From positions 1-48,987 of the forward strand of contig JAHBMJ010000389.1 of assembly GCA_018398765.1 (NCBI GenBank): a stretch of 48,987 nucleotides of DNA, written 5' to 3'. This document shows positions 37,922-48,987 of this stretch, one piece after another. This DNA is from Chromera velia (lineage: Eukaryota). How positions within the stretch are numbered: the first letter of the stretch is position 1; the number at the start of each line of letters is the position of its first letter. The notes below the pieces were generated by a model. The model ran no database searches and was not told where the DNA came from. It was given only the letters and a program-made list of their open reading frames with translations. Both the position numbers and the translations under genes were made by a program.

Positions 37922-37982
37922 GGGGATTAAGTGCTACCTAATGCGAAATGCGGGGGATTAAGTGCTCCCTAATGCGAAATGC
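37922..37982 (+). repeat. 30/31-bp tandem duplication
   Basis: ggggattaagtgct(a/c)cctaatgcgaaatgc occurs twice. Confidence 0.9.
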
Positions 37983-39289
37983 CTCGGAGTTTCAGCTAGT
38001 TTCAGCTCTGCCCTCCAGCTAGCCCTCCAGGGCCAAAGGAAAAAGATCTGGCCTGGATGTGAGATTATGAATGATGCTATGCAGCCATCATTGAACAGAA
38101 TTATGCAAGATACTCCCTGAGCTTGTATCCCAGGGCCGACCAGGGCTCTCATGCAGTGAGTCAAGATAAATCTAGGCTAATTTTAGCTACATTCACATAT
38201 CCGCCATGCAGGCTCCCGGCATTATAATCTGATGTCTAGTCTAATGTCGTTGATATGTATGAAATATCGGCTGAAACATTTTTTTCAGATAAGATTTTGG
38301 TTTGGATGACCGGGATATCGCTAACTTTGTGTGTGTCTCAATCGTGCATAGTGAAATAGACATTTGACTTTTGAAGAGCTACTCTTGGTTTAAACTATAG
38401 GGCTTAGAATCCATCTAAAAAAGATCGAAACTTGTTTTTTTGTTTTGATGTTTTTTGTTCTGCAAGGACTGCAATGCAAGAATGACTTCAAGGGGATCAA
38501 ACAAGAGTGCCCTCCCTTCGTCGGTCGCATGTCTCCGGCCGTGCTTCCGTTTCCACAGTCCATTTATTAATATCGATCCGTCAAATCTCACAGTAATGCC
38601 AGCCCTCCCTTTGAAACTGCCTGCTGTACGTGGAGTCCATTTCTGAGAGGAAGCCTGGGACCATGCATGCCCTTTCATTCTCTTCAGCCTCTCCTGAGTT
38701 GAGTGCACGAACGATCACCCTTTTCTCTCTTCTCTCCTGTCCATTTCTGCACGCCATATTGATTGAGCGGAAATGGGGAGAATGGAGACGCATTAAGAAA
38801 GATACACCAAGGAAAAACATCAATCCCACAAATGTGTCCCAAAAGGAACGAACAAACAAACAAACCGAAATTGAGACAGACGATCAATCTGCACACAGCG
38901 AGCACATCAGCCTCCCATCCCCGACACAGAGAAACAGGGCCAGCTGGCTTGTCCGTCCACTCATCCAACCCCTCCCTTGCCGCTGCAAGCCTCTTTTCAC
39001 TCGCTCCAAGTCCACGCATACTCCCCTAATCCCCCCGCCCCTGTTCATCCCGATCGATCATCGTCTTGTGATGTGACGACAGGAAGGATAGATATGAAGA
39101 CAGACAGACAAGACAGCCAGACAAGACAGACAGAAAGGAAGAAAACAGGGGAAACGACTCCAACGATGCAAGGAGAGAGGGCGGTAGTTACAGGAGACAA
39201 TCGAATGGAGGGACTCGCATGAGTAAGAGATGGTTAGTTAGTGTTGTGTCCCTGCAGCACGGTCCCCTTCCTCCTTTTCCCTTAATTGT

Positions 39290-40252
39290 CTACTCGGCCT
39301 TCCCCTCACCTGCACGTACAAGGATGGACAGAGAAGACACGAGGGGCGGTTTGGCAGATGTGTACATGCAGACAGATCGTATTCAGTGCACACATTCACA
39401 CACAGCGCCACAGATACATACACGCACGATTTTACAGAGAGCGAGAGAAGCAGGTAGCCGCAAAGAGAACTGCTATTTTTTCTTTCGCTTTTTCGCTTGT
39501 TAAATCCCAAGAGGGGGAGGGGCATCGAGGCCCAACCTCCCTCCCTCCCTCCCGTGAATACAGCACAGACCAGCCTTGATTCGAGCACAGCACAACCAAA
39601 TCATTCATTCCTCCTAAACATCCTTCCTCATTTCTTTCCTCTCTGCTGGACTCGCTTTGTTTGTCTCTGCCTGCCTCGTGACGACATGATCAACCCATTG
39701 GGACAAAAGCTCGCAAGACAGAACGAAAAGTCAACAACGAAGACAAACGTAACATAAAGGAGCTGACCCTCTCCCTCAGCAGGCTGCATGTCGGAGGTCC
39801 AGAGTGTCAAGTTGTCTCTCAGAAGCTGCACACACACATCCATACACACACATACAAACACGCACACACACACAGACCGACGGAATCTCTCACACCCACT
39901 TACTCTTCTGTACCCACAAGAGGAATTGGAGAGTTGGGAATACATCACAGAAAAAAAGCGTCGCCAAAAAAGCGCTTTTGGGTATTCGGAAGGAAGGAAG
40001 GGAGGGACACGCACACACACGAGAACGAACCTACCTGCATGATGAGCGTGGAGTCCTTGTAGGAGTCCTCAGAGACGTTGTCAAGCTCCGCGATGGCGTC
40101 CTCGAAGGCCTGTCTGGCCATGCGACAAGCCTCCTCGGGGTTGTTCAAGATCTCGTAGTAGAACACTGCACGCACGCAGAAAGGAACCAATCAATCTATC
40201 CACATGGGAGCGAGGGAGGTAGCGCAACATGAGCACGAAATGGGGGTAGAGA

Positions 40253-40284
<32 letters not shown>

Positions 40285-40353
40285 CCAGAGAGAGAGAGAA
40301 GAGAGACAGAAGAGAGAGAGAGAGAAGAGAGAGAGAGAAGAGAGAGAGAGAGA

Positions 40354-40408
<55 letters not shown>

Positions 40409-41035
40409 GAAGCACAGAGAAAAATGAAACAACAGGAGAGCGTTTGTCCTTTCCTCCTGTGCGTACAAACAAATCTGGAGGGGTGAACGGGAATTGAGGC
40501 CTCGCTGCCTGCAGGTCTCTTTCTCTTGTCTTCTGCGTGCATGTCTTTTCTCCTTTTTTCCTTTTCATATAATCCTTTCTTGTCCTTGTGAAGCCTGCTC
40601 GTCGCTTTATCCTTCCTTTCCGTCTGCATGCCTGTGTCTGTATCCGTGTCTGTGTCTGTCTCTCTGACCCCCTCCCTCCCTCCCTCCCCTCCCATGCATG
40701 CACCAATTTACCCGAGAAGTTGAGGGCGAGACCCAAACGGATGGGGTGGGTGGGGAAGAGATCGGTGGTGGCAATGCCCTGAGCGTCCTTGTAGGCTCCG
40801 TGGGCGTTGTCGGCGGCCTTCGTGCGGGATTCCTCCGAAGAGAACTCAGAGATGTATCTGCACACACGCACGCACACAGGCAGGCAGGAATGGCAGGGAG
40901 TTCGATTGATCGATGGAAGGAAGGGGTGGTTGGCTGAGATGCATGGAGGGATCTTCTTTCCTTTCACGCATCCATCGGTACATCTTCCTTCTCGTTGCGC
41001 TAGCCGACAGGGAGACAGTCAAAGAAAGAAAGAAA

Positions 41036-41067
<32 letters not shown>

Positions 41068-43047
41068 AAACGTGGACAGGACGAGGAAGAGCAGTTCACT
41101 TCTTTCTGAATTGTTCTGTTTCTGGAGCATCGATCAAGAATCGAAACCACTGCGAGAGAAAGTTTGATGCGAAGAGGAGACGTGTGAAGAGACAGGTGAA
41201 AAAAGGGAATGGCGTTGAAGGAGACATGAAGAAGACAGACAACAAATTAACTGATTGACTGATTCAGAGCACCCCCCTCAACCTTTCTTCTCCCTTTGTC
41301 TTCCGATTCTCCTCCCCCCCCACTCGGACACCCCCACCCACTCTACGTGCCTCTGATGTAACGCTGCGCTTCCGTGAGCCCGCCTGACAACAGAGCACTC
41401 TGTTTGCTTCTCTTCTCTTCTCTTCACACGCACCCCTACTGTCCCTGCCTGACCTGTAGTAGTCTCCCTTCATCTTGTAGTAGAAGACCTTGGACTCTCC
41501 AGAGGAAGAGGAGGGGATGAGGTGCTTGTCGAGGAGCTCCAGAATTGCGTCACAAATCCCGTTCAACTCAGCCTCGACCTGCAGGGATGGAGGGATGGAT
41601 GGATGGATAAAGGGGGGAGGAGAACAGAACAGAAAGCAGCGGAAGGAAAGAACACACAGGGAGCAGTCTCTCTATTCTTTCCGAGGCAGGGAGGCTTTGC
41701 AAAGTGTTTTGTTTCGGTGATTGTAGAATGATGACGCAGTGTGTCGACTCAAGATGTATAGCACAGAGAGGAACTTTTTGACTTCTTCCGTACTTTTCTT
41801 CCTTCTCCCCTTTGGTTGTCTTTGTTTTCTCTTTCATTTCCAACCTCCCTTCTTCTCTGTCTCTCGTTCACATTGCGAACTCAAGGGACACCCTCTCAAT
41901 AGCCGCCTCCCTCCATACACTTCCTTCCCTCTTTCTTCCAAAGTCGCCTGTCTCACTCACTCCCTCCCCAATTCACTCACCCACTCGATGCCGCCGCATG
42001 CAAGAAAAGAATTAACCGCGAAGCGAATCTTCCCATGCATGCATGCACCCTCTTCTTCCTCTTCCACCGACAGGAGCTTCAGCAGGCACGCACCTTCTTT
42101 CTGTACTCCTCCGCGAAGGTCAACTGTGTGGAGTTTCCCTTGCTCTTCTCCTTCTGCTCGACAGAGGAGATGATCCTCCAGGAGGCGCGGCGGGCCCCGA
42201 CCTGCATGATCGAATATCGAAGGGGGGGGAGAGGAATGTGCAGATGGACCGACTGACGAACGGATGCGAAGAAGGCTTTTTTTTTGTAGAACCGACCACG
42301 GCATGCGAGGATCTCGTTGCCTCTCTTCTCTGCCCGGAACGAGTAGTGAAGAGAAGGGAAGAGAAAAGAAGAAGAAGTGCGAGGCGGGGTAACCCACCAC
42401 CAACACCGACTCATGCAGGGAACTGAGAGAAAGTGGATTGGGGTGCATGTGGAAACAGACAGACATTTTTTCTCTAGCTGGCTGGCTGCCAGCTTTCTTG
42501 TGAGAACAGACAGACTATATCGTCTTTTCTTCACTTCACTTTTTCCACACAGACAGACTATATCGTCTTTTCTTCACTTCACTTTTTCCACACAGACAGA
42601 CTGTATCGTCTTTTCTTCACTTCAGACAGACAGACAGACTATATGTTTCTTCTTCTCCCTTCAGACAGACAGACAGACAGACAGACAGACTATATGTTTC
42701 TTCTTCTCCCTTCTTTTCTTCATGAACACAATAGACAAAAAGAAAGAAAGCAACAAAGACAAAAGACAGACAGACAGACAGACAGACAGACTGTATGTTT
42801 CTTCTCCCTTCTTTTCTTCATGACAGACAGACACACAGAATGTATCGTCTTTACTTTACTTTTTCGCTTCCTTTCTTTCGGACAGACAGGCAGGCAGACA
42901 CACACAGACAGACAGACAGACTCTATGGTGTCTTTCCCTCCTTTTCTTCATGAACACAACAGACAAAAAGACAGACAAACAGGCAGACACAGACAGACTA
43001 TATGTTTCTTCTTCTTCTCCCTCCTTTTCTTCATGAACACAACAGAC

Positions 43048-43101
<54 letters not shown>

Positions 43102-44459
43102 CGACAGACACACAGGCCATATCGTCTTTTCTTTCCCTTTTTCTATACAGACAGACATGCAGACAGACAGACATCTTCGTAAATGCCTTCTCTGACCAGA
43201 GAAAGGGAAAAAGGGGGCGCATGAAGAAGCAAAAGAAGATGTTCAGCCTGGCTGACTGCGTGACTGACTGACTGACAGCGTTTTTGTATGCGACCGAGAG
43301 AAGGTTCCTCTCCTCCACGGTCAGCTCGTCTCCCATGGAGGCAACGCTCTTCATGAAGTCGGCCATCTCGTCGTATCTGCACACACACACACACACACAG
43401 AGAGAGAGGCGTTCGACGGAGGAGTCCTTTGTGTGAGGGTGAGAACGCACGCACGTTCACTTTCTCCTCCGCTCACACTCACCTACCCCAGCTCAGAGAA
43501 AGAAAAACAAGCACGGCGGTCTCCAGCTGAAAATGAAGAGAGCCCCGAGATGGTGGAGAGAGAGAGAGAGGCGTGACAGGCACGCAGGCAAGAAAGGGGA
43601 ACCCCGCAGTTGCCAGCAGAGCTCGATGCGGAGAAACGCAGACCACACACCATCACACATTACATCGACAAAAGACTGGCCAGGCAGTTTGTTCGACCCC
43701 CCGCCCGCCCGCACACACAGACACACACGCACACACACAAGACAAAAAAACTATCCTATTTGCACGGAACGGACGAGACGAGCGTTGGAAAAGATATCCG
43801 TGTCTGTACGTGATCTAGTGTCCAAACTTTTGTCTACGAGTACCAATCTCCCGTCTTGTCACAAAGGTTACCGTGGGAGACGGCAGTGAAAACTGTGGAA
43901 GCGGGGCAGAGAAGGTTGGTTGATTTGTCAAGAGCTGTCAAGAGCTGAGAAGTCAGAGGGAGAACCCGACCCAGAGCAACCGGAGGAAGGGGGCTGCTTA
44001 GAAGAAAATTCAGCAAAACGACCCAAACCTGGGATGAAATCGGGAGGAAGAAAAAATCCCTTCTCCCCCACTCCCTATTTGATCTATCTCTGTGAGAAGA
44101 ATCCGTCTCCCCCAGCTTTTTTGACTTTTTGAAGTCTTACACGAAAACCAAAAAAGCGCAAAATCCCAGAGAGCTGATCTTCACCAAGAAGCCACTTTGA
44201 CGTCTTGCACAGCCCTTTATTTCGATCGGTGAGTTTCACATTCGAAGGGGATGGGCATAGTAGAACCAGGCAGTACGATCTGAGTGTGAAGTCGAGAGCG
44301 GAAAATACCACTTGATCCTGAAGGCAAAAGACAGCACTCAAGACACGCAAGAAGAATGAGAGAAAAGATCAATAAACTGCCTCTCTCCACGCACCTCTCT
44401 GCCTGCTCTGCGAGCTTCGCCTTGTAGACGTACTCCTCTCTCTTGGACTTGTCGGCCAT
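39290..44459 (-). CDS. 14-3-3 protein, 250 aa; exons 44459-44395, 43376-43277, 42201-42094, 41578-41454, 40857-40712, 40165-40035, 39825-39768, 39309-39290
   Basis: Hallmark motifs [65 protein letters not shown] and [20 protein letters not shown]. All introns are GT-AG and in phase (753 nt). The last 20-nt exon (GEGKAE*) is less certain. Confidence 0.97.
40268..40404. repeat. (GA)n-rich microsatellite in a 14-3-3 intron
   Basis: Directly visible. Confidence 0.9.
42505..43172. repeat. degenerate minisatellite of (CAGA)n-CT(A/G)TAT...TTCTT units in 14-3-3 intron 2
   Basis: Recurrent cagacagactatatcgtctttt and cagacagactatatgtttcttcttctccc units interleaved with (CAGA)n. Confidence 0.8.
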
Positions 44460-45371
44460 CTTGGAAAAGCGAAGGTGGGGAGGGGGGAGAGAGAGACGCG
44501 TTCAAAAAAAGGGACCGAAGCGGCACTCCTACAAAGAGAGTTGGGATGTTCGCCTGACTTGAAAATTCACCAATCAATCTCTTGTGGAATGGTGGAAGTC
44601 GGAGATTTTACACTCCCCTCAGCGTCCTCATGCAGAGTCAGAAACGGCTTCACAGAGCGGAGCCCGTTTTCGACGTCTTCCTTCGAAACATTTTCGTCGC
44701 TTTTTAGACCAATGATGCATTAATTGAGCCTTAGATCTTTCCGGGGCCATGTGGGTCCCGAAAGGCGTGCTTAGCTCAAAATCTTAATTGGCCCGATCGA
44801 TTAAGTCGATCCCACGCGGCCGTCTCCCAACTCATGCAGAATATAGCCCAAGTAACTTCCCGATTTCGGGTGACCCATAATGAAAGACATGAAGAGTACC
44901 CGTCCATAGACGGACAGCAACAGGGAGGCAAGCGGTCTGGGAAGGCGTCTCAGGATCTGATCCGACGATACGAGGAGCTCTGTGTAAATTTAGTTCGGAA
45001 CGGCTCTCGCTCTGTATATCTTCGATCAGTCAGTTGTTTCCTCCAACTGCAGTCCAGTCAATAGTAGAGGAAGGTTCCCTCTCAGAATTCTCAGGAGCCG
45101 TACTGATACTCCGTCAGCTGGTTGTCTACGTGGTCACTGGCACATCCTCTGCACCAACTTTGAGGAGCGAGGCCTTTTTTTCACGGAGACGGACTGTTGC
45201 TACACGGAGACCGAAGACAGCTACACGGCACACTTCTGTCACCCCATATCTTCTCTTTGCACGCCCCCGAACTCTTAACAGGAAGGAGAAGCGGACATTT
45301 GAATCTGGGTTTGACCGTGAGAAGGGCCTGCAGTGCCATACTTCGAGGTGCAGCGATTGCAGGACAGCTAG

Positions 45372-47598
45372 ATGAGCGAGGCGGTTCAGAGGGAGACGGG
45401 GGGCAGAGGAAGTTCCAGTGAGAGCAGAAGGAAGCCCTGGCCCCCGTCTCTTACTGCCCATCTTCTTGAAGGCCTAGCGAAGGAGGAAGGGTCTCTGTCA
45501 GACAACATGAAGATACTCGCACAGAGGTGAGGGGGGCGCGCAACAGCCGGGCTCATCGAGGCTGTTTTTGCGCATCTGTCGCTTGCAGGCCTACCCACCA
45601 GTACGTGTCGGTGGACCTCCGGGTCCCCCTTCCCCTCCATGCACACGCTTTGTATCGATCCTTTTATGGACGCTTACATGTGGATGCACCTTCTATTCGT
45701 GTACGCCTGCCTTTGTCTGCAGGGTGACGGATGCTGCCCTCGGATCGAAAATGACTGTGGAAGAGTGCATGTGAGTGAGTGAGTGAGTGAGTCCTCTGAC
45801 AGCTAGAGGGGAGCAGAGAGGGAGGGTTGTTTTCTTTCCCTTGTTTGTTCCTGGCTGTGTTTTTTATTGCATTTCTTATCTGACTCTTCTTGCGGATTCT
45901 CTCGAAGTGGGGAGTCTGAGACTATCCCAACACGGAGGGAGGAGAGCGCGCTTTGCTTTGGCTGAGTTTTAATTTCTGATCTTCACCCGGGCGGACGAAG
46001 AAAGAAGAATTGAAGGAGTTCAGACTGCCACTTGCATACATGCATGCGTGGGCTGCTTCGAATGAATATCAATGCAGTGTGAAAGGGTTGACGACAGCGA
46101 GAAGGGGCAAACGCATTTCGGGGCTCTCAGCCTCTCCCGGGATGGGACCGTTGACACCGCAAAGGTGCATTCTCTTTCTGCTTCTCTTTCTCTTTCTGAT
46201 CGAGTTTGTGAGTCGGATGGTAAACTTGCCTCCCTGAATGGCTTGCCCGTATTTCCTCTTGCACTTTTTTACTTCCCTTCATTCCTTCCTTGCGTCCTTC
46301 CTCTAGTTTGCTTGCTTCTTTTTTGTTCGTGTGTCTAGTCAAAAGAAAAAGACGTATTTTCTTTCCCCTTCCTGCACATCGGAAGTCAGGCGTCTCTGTC
46401 AGTGACGGACGGTCGAATGATCCTCCTTTCTTCCTTCCTTCCTTCCTTCCTTCCTTCCCTTCCTTTCTTCCTTCCTTCCTTCCTTCCTTTCTTTCTTCCT
46501 TCCTTCCTTCCTTCCTTCCTTTCTTCCTTCCTTCCTTCCTTCCTTCCTTCCTTCCTTTCTTTCTTTCTTTCTTTCTTCCTTCCTTCCTTCCTTCCTTCCT
46601 TCCTTCCTTCCCTTCCTTTCTTTCTTCCTTCCTTTCTTCCTTCCTTCCTTTCTTCCTTTCTTTCTTCCTTCCTAACAGACAGCTCTTCCTTCCTTCCAAT
46701 CAGGCCGTTCTTCATTCTCGCTCGCATTCTTTCTTTCTTTCTTCCTTCCTTCCTTTCTTCCTTTCTTCCTTCCTTCCTTCCTTTCTTTCTTCCTTTCTTT
46801 CTTCCTTTCTTTCTTCCTTCCTAACAGACAGCTCTTCCTTCCTTCCAATCAGGCCGTTCTTCATTCTCGCTCGCATTCTTTCTTTCTTTCTTTCTTTCTT
46901 TCTTTTCTTTCTTGCAAAACCTTGGATGCCTACTTGCAGGTACTTTTCAGGCGCCTCGTCTCAAGACAGCGCGGCCCGGAGAAACGAACGCGCGGGCTCT
47001 CTTCCGTCGCCCATCGAGGGCCCGTCTCTGTCTCCCTACCCTGGCAGCGGCAGGAGGAGAGATAGCAGGGAGAGAGGTGGGAGTGGGAGTGGGGGGGGGA
47101 ATGGGCAGAAACACGAGAGAGGGGATGTGGAGAAAGGGGGCAGCCCGACTGGGCATCCTGAGGGGTTGGAGGACGCTCAGGGGGCGTCTGCTAAGTGCGT
47201 GTGGCCAGGGTGCAATCGCATGACGGCAACAGACAGCGAGGAATTTTGTGCGGAGGAACACGGACCGTTGGCAGAGAAATGGGACCACTCGCATCTGTCC
47301 GTTCGTCTTTCTTTTTCTCTGCATGTCTTCTTTTTGTCCTGCTTGGTTTGCATATCTGTCTGTCTGAATTCTGTCGCATCATTTGAGTCCATGAGTCTCG
47401 CTATCCGTTTTCTCTCTCTTCCATAACCGGGTCCGGGGACTTCGTTTCCTCGGAAAATGAGATCGTGGTTCCTTCCCTCTTTTTCTCAGAATCTGCGCAG
47501 AGCGATTCCATCTTTCTGTCTCTTCCCGTCTGTCTCTTGCAGTGTCATTTCATTTCTACTCTCTCCCTCTGAGGGCACTAGAGACACAGAAAGCGGGG

Positions 47599-47643
<45 letters not shown>

Positions 47644-47981
47644 ATGGAGAGAGAAAGAGAGAGAGAGAGGGGGGGGGGGCTCAAAGGAGGTAGGTAGAGG
47701 TAGTGTGTGAGCTTGAATTGGGGGTTGTGTCGGTCTGCACATGCACATATGCACAGGTGTACGCAAGTATGTGTTACTCCATATTCTGCATGTGCGTGCT
47801 CGCCCTGCAGTTCCACACGGGGTTCCTGGTTGCGTGCTGCCGTGCTGGGGGCTCAGGACGGTCTGACCTCCACTGCTGCTTTGCTTTTGGGGATGATGGG
47901 GGGAGGAACAGACAGGGGCACACTGGTGCTGGCAGGGACGTCGGCGCTGCTTGCGGGGGCTTTTTCTATGGGAACTGGAGA
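45372..47981 (+). CDS. VIT1/CCC1-family vacuolar Fe/Mn transporter, 3' part missing; exons 45372-45526, 45589-45600, 45723-45770, 46940-47296, 47811-47981
   Basis: Exon 47811-47981 encodes STRGSWLRAAVLGAQDGLTSTAALLLGM...LAGTSALLAGAFSMGTGE, the TM1-TM2 signature of VIT1 with the conserved metal-binding Asp and Met. The four upstream exons join through GT-AG introns, all phase 2, into one open frame, but are less certain than the VIT exon. Confidence 0.85.
46424..46912. repeat. (TTCC/TTTC)n array with an internal duplication, in a VIT intron
   Basis: Pyrimidine microsatellite; the block cctaacagacagctcttccttccttccaatcaggccgttcttcattctcgctcgcattc occurs at about 46671 and 46820. Confidence 0.9.
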
Positions 47982-48857
47982 GTGAGTAAGTACGTGAGTG
48001 TGGATGGGGCTCTCTCCAAAACACCCCCCAATTTTTCTGTTTCTGCCTTTTTTAATGCAGAATGCTCCTCAGATTCCCACGGGGTCTTGACATTTAGTGG
48101 CATGCGGGCAGAGGGCGGAGTCTGTGTATTGGTACATCTATCTGGCGTGTCCGAGAGTCTGAATTGTTTTCCGTCTCTGTTTGCATGCGAGAATGGAGCA
48201 ACGACGGACTTTTAAAGTCTGCGTGGATCGAGAAAGAAAGCAAAGGAAGATAGGAAGACAATGCCGTCTGCCGTCTGGCTGATTGCCTGTCGCACTGTCT
48301 GCTCTACACAGTCCTGGGGTCTCTACTGTTTGGCTATTCACCCCCGGCTGGGGCTGACCAGTCCTTGCGTCAGCGGACCTATGTCGCACTTTTCGTCAAA
48401 GTGGATTCACCCTTTTCGTCAAATTTGCCCATCATGAACACTGGCCACGTGAAGATGGGAGGTCCGGAGACCGCCCCCTCTTTCTTGTTTCGTGATTCCC
48501 GTGCCCCCCCTCTTTTGATATCTCCAGCAGGACGCCTTCTGTACAGAGTTGTTGTCCCCACCTCTGTGTGTGTGTGTGTGTGTGTGTGTACAGGTTTGTG
48601 TCTGTGTACGCTCAAAGGGATGCAGAACTTGCTGACATTGAGAGGGAGAGGGCAATCCATTCGGTCTGTCTGTCTGTCGGTCTGTCAGGTGCCCCTCCGA
48701 CGACGTGAGGGAGGGAGGGAGGGAGGCAGCCTGCATGTTTCTCGGATGATTGTAGCTGCGGTTTCTCCTCCGTGCTGTCTGTTATACACCTACCTGCCTG
48801 GCTGTCTCCTTGCCTATCTGGGTGGGTGGCAAGTGAAGAATTCTCTGCTTGAGGCTG

Positions 48858-48987
<130 letters not shown>

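Noticed and set aside
37922..37982. CRISPR-like ~30-bp repeats (also 21164-21241)
   Set aside because: Only two directly adjacent copies with no spacers, no cas genes, and a eukaryotic context.
46127..46939. Long FLPS/KEGR repeat ORFs
   Set aside because: Translation of a (TTCC)n intron; only 46940-47296 of the 378-aa ORF is bounded by splice sites.

Overview
Eukaryotic, intron-rich DNA with microsatellite-laden introns. It looks like an alveolate of chromerid/apicomplexan type, most like Chromera; this is inferred from gene content and intron style. Host genes: the 5' end of an unknown minus-strand gene; a 4-exon ~1985-aa OHA + LOTUS/OST-HTH protein (domain set of Plasmodium Md1); a 3-exon trimeric dUTPase; a large multi-exon hypothetical gene; an 8-exon 14-3-3; and a partial VIT1/CCC1 iron/manganese transporter. 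The centre (13.8-30 kb) is a transposon nest. It holds two decayed, related APE-RT non-LTR retrotransposons (RTE/RTEX-like, both ending in (CAT)n) pointing away from each other around the dUTPase, and three non-autonomous TIR DNA elements with 8-bp target duplications, one of them inserted in the left LINE. The most novel signal is missed by the ORF track: the right-hand LINE has two tandem 60-aa chromodomain-like repeats upstream of, and in frame with, its AP endonuclease. Its Trp codons have repeatedly become TAG, which suggests CpA-to-TpA (RIP-like) mutation. There is a 356-N assembly gap at 12713-13068.
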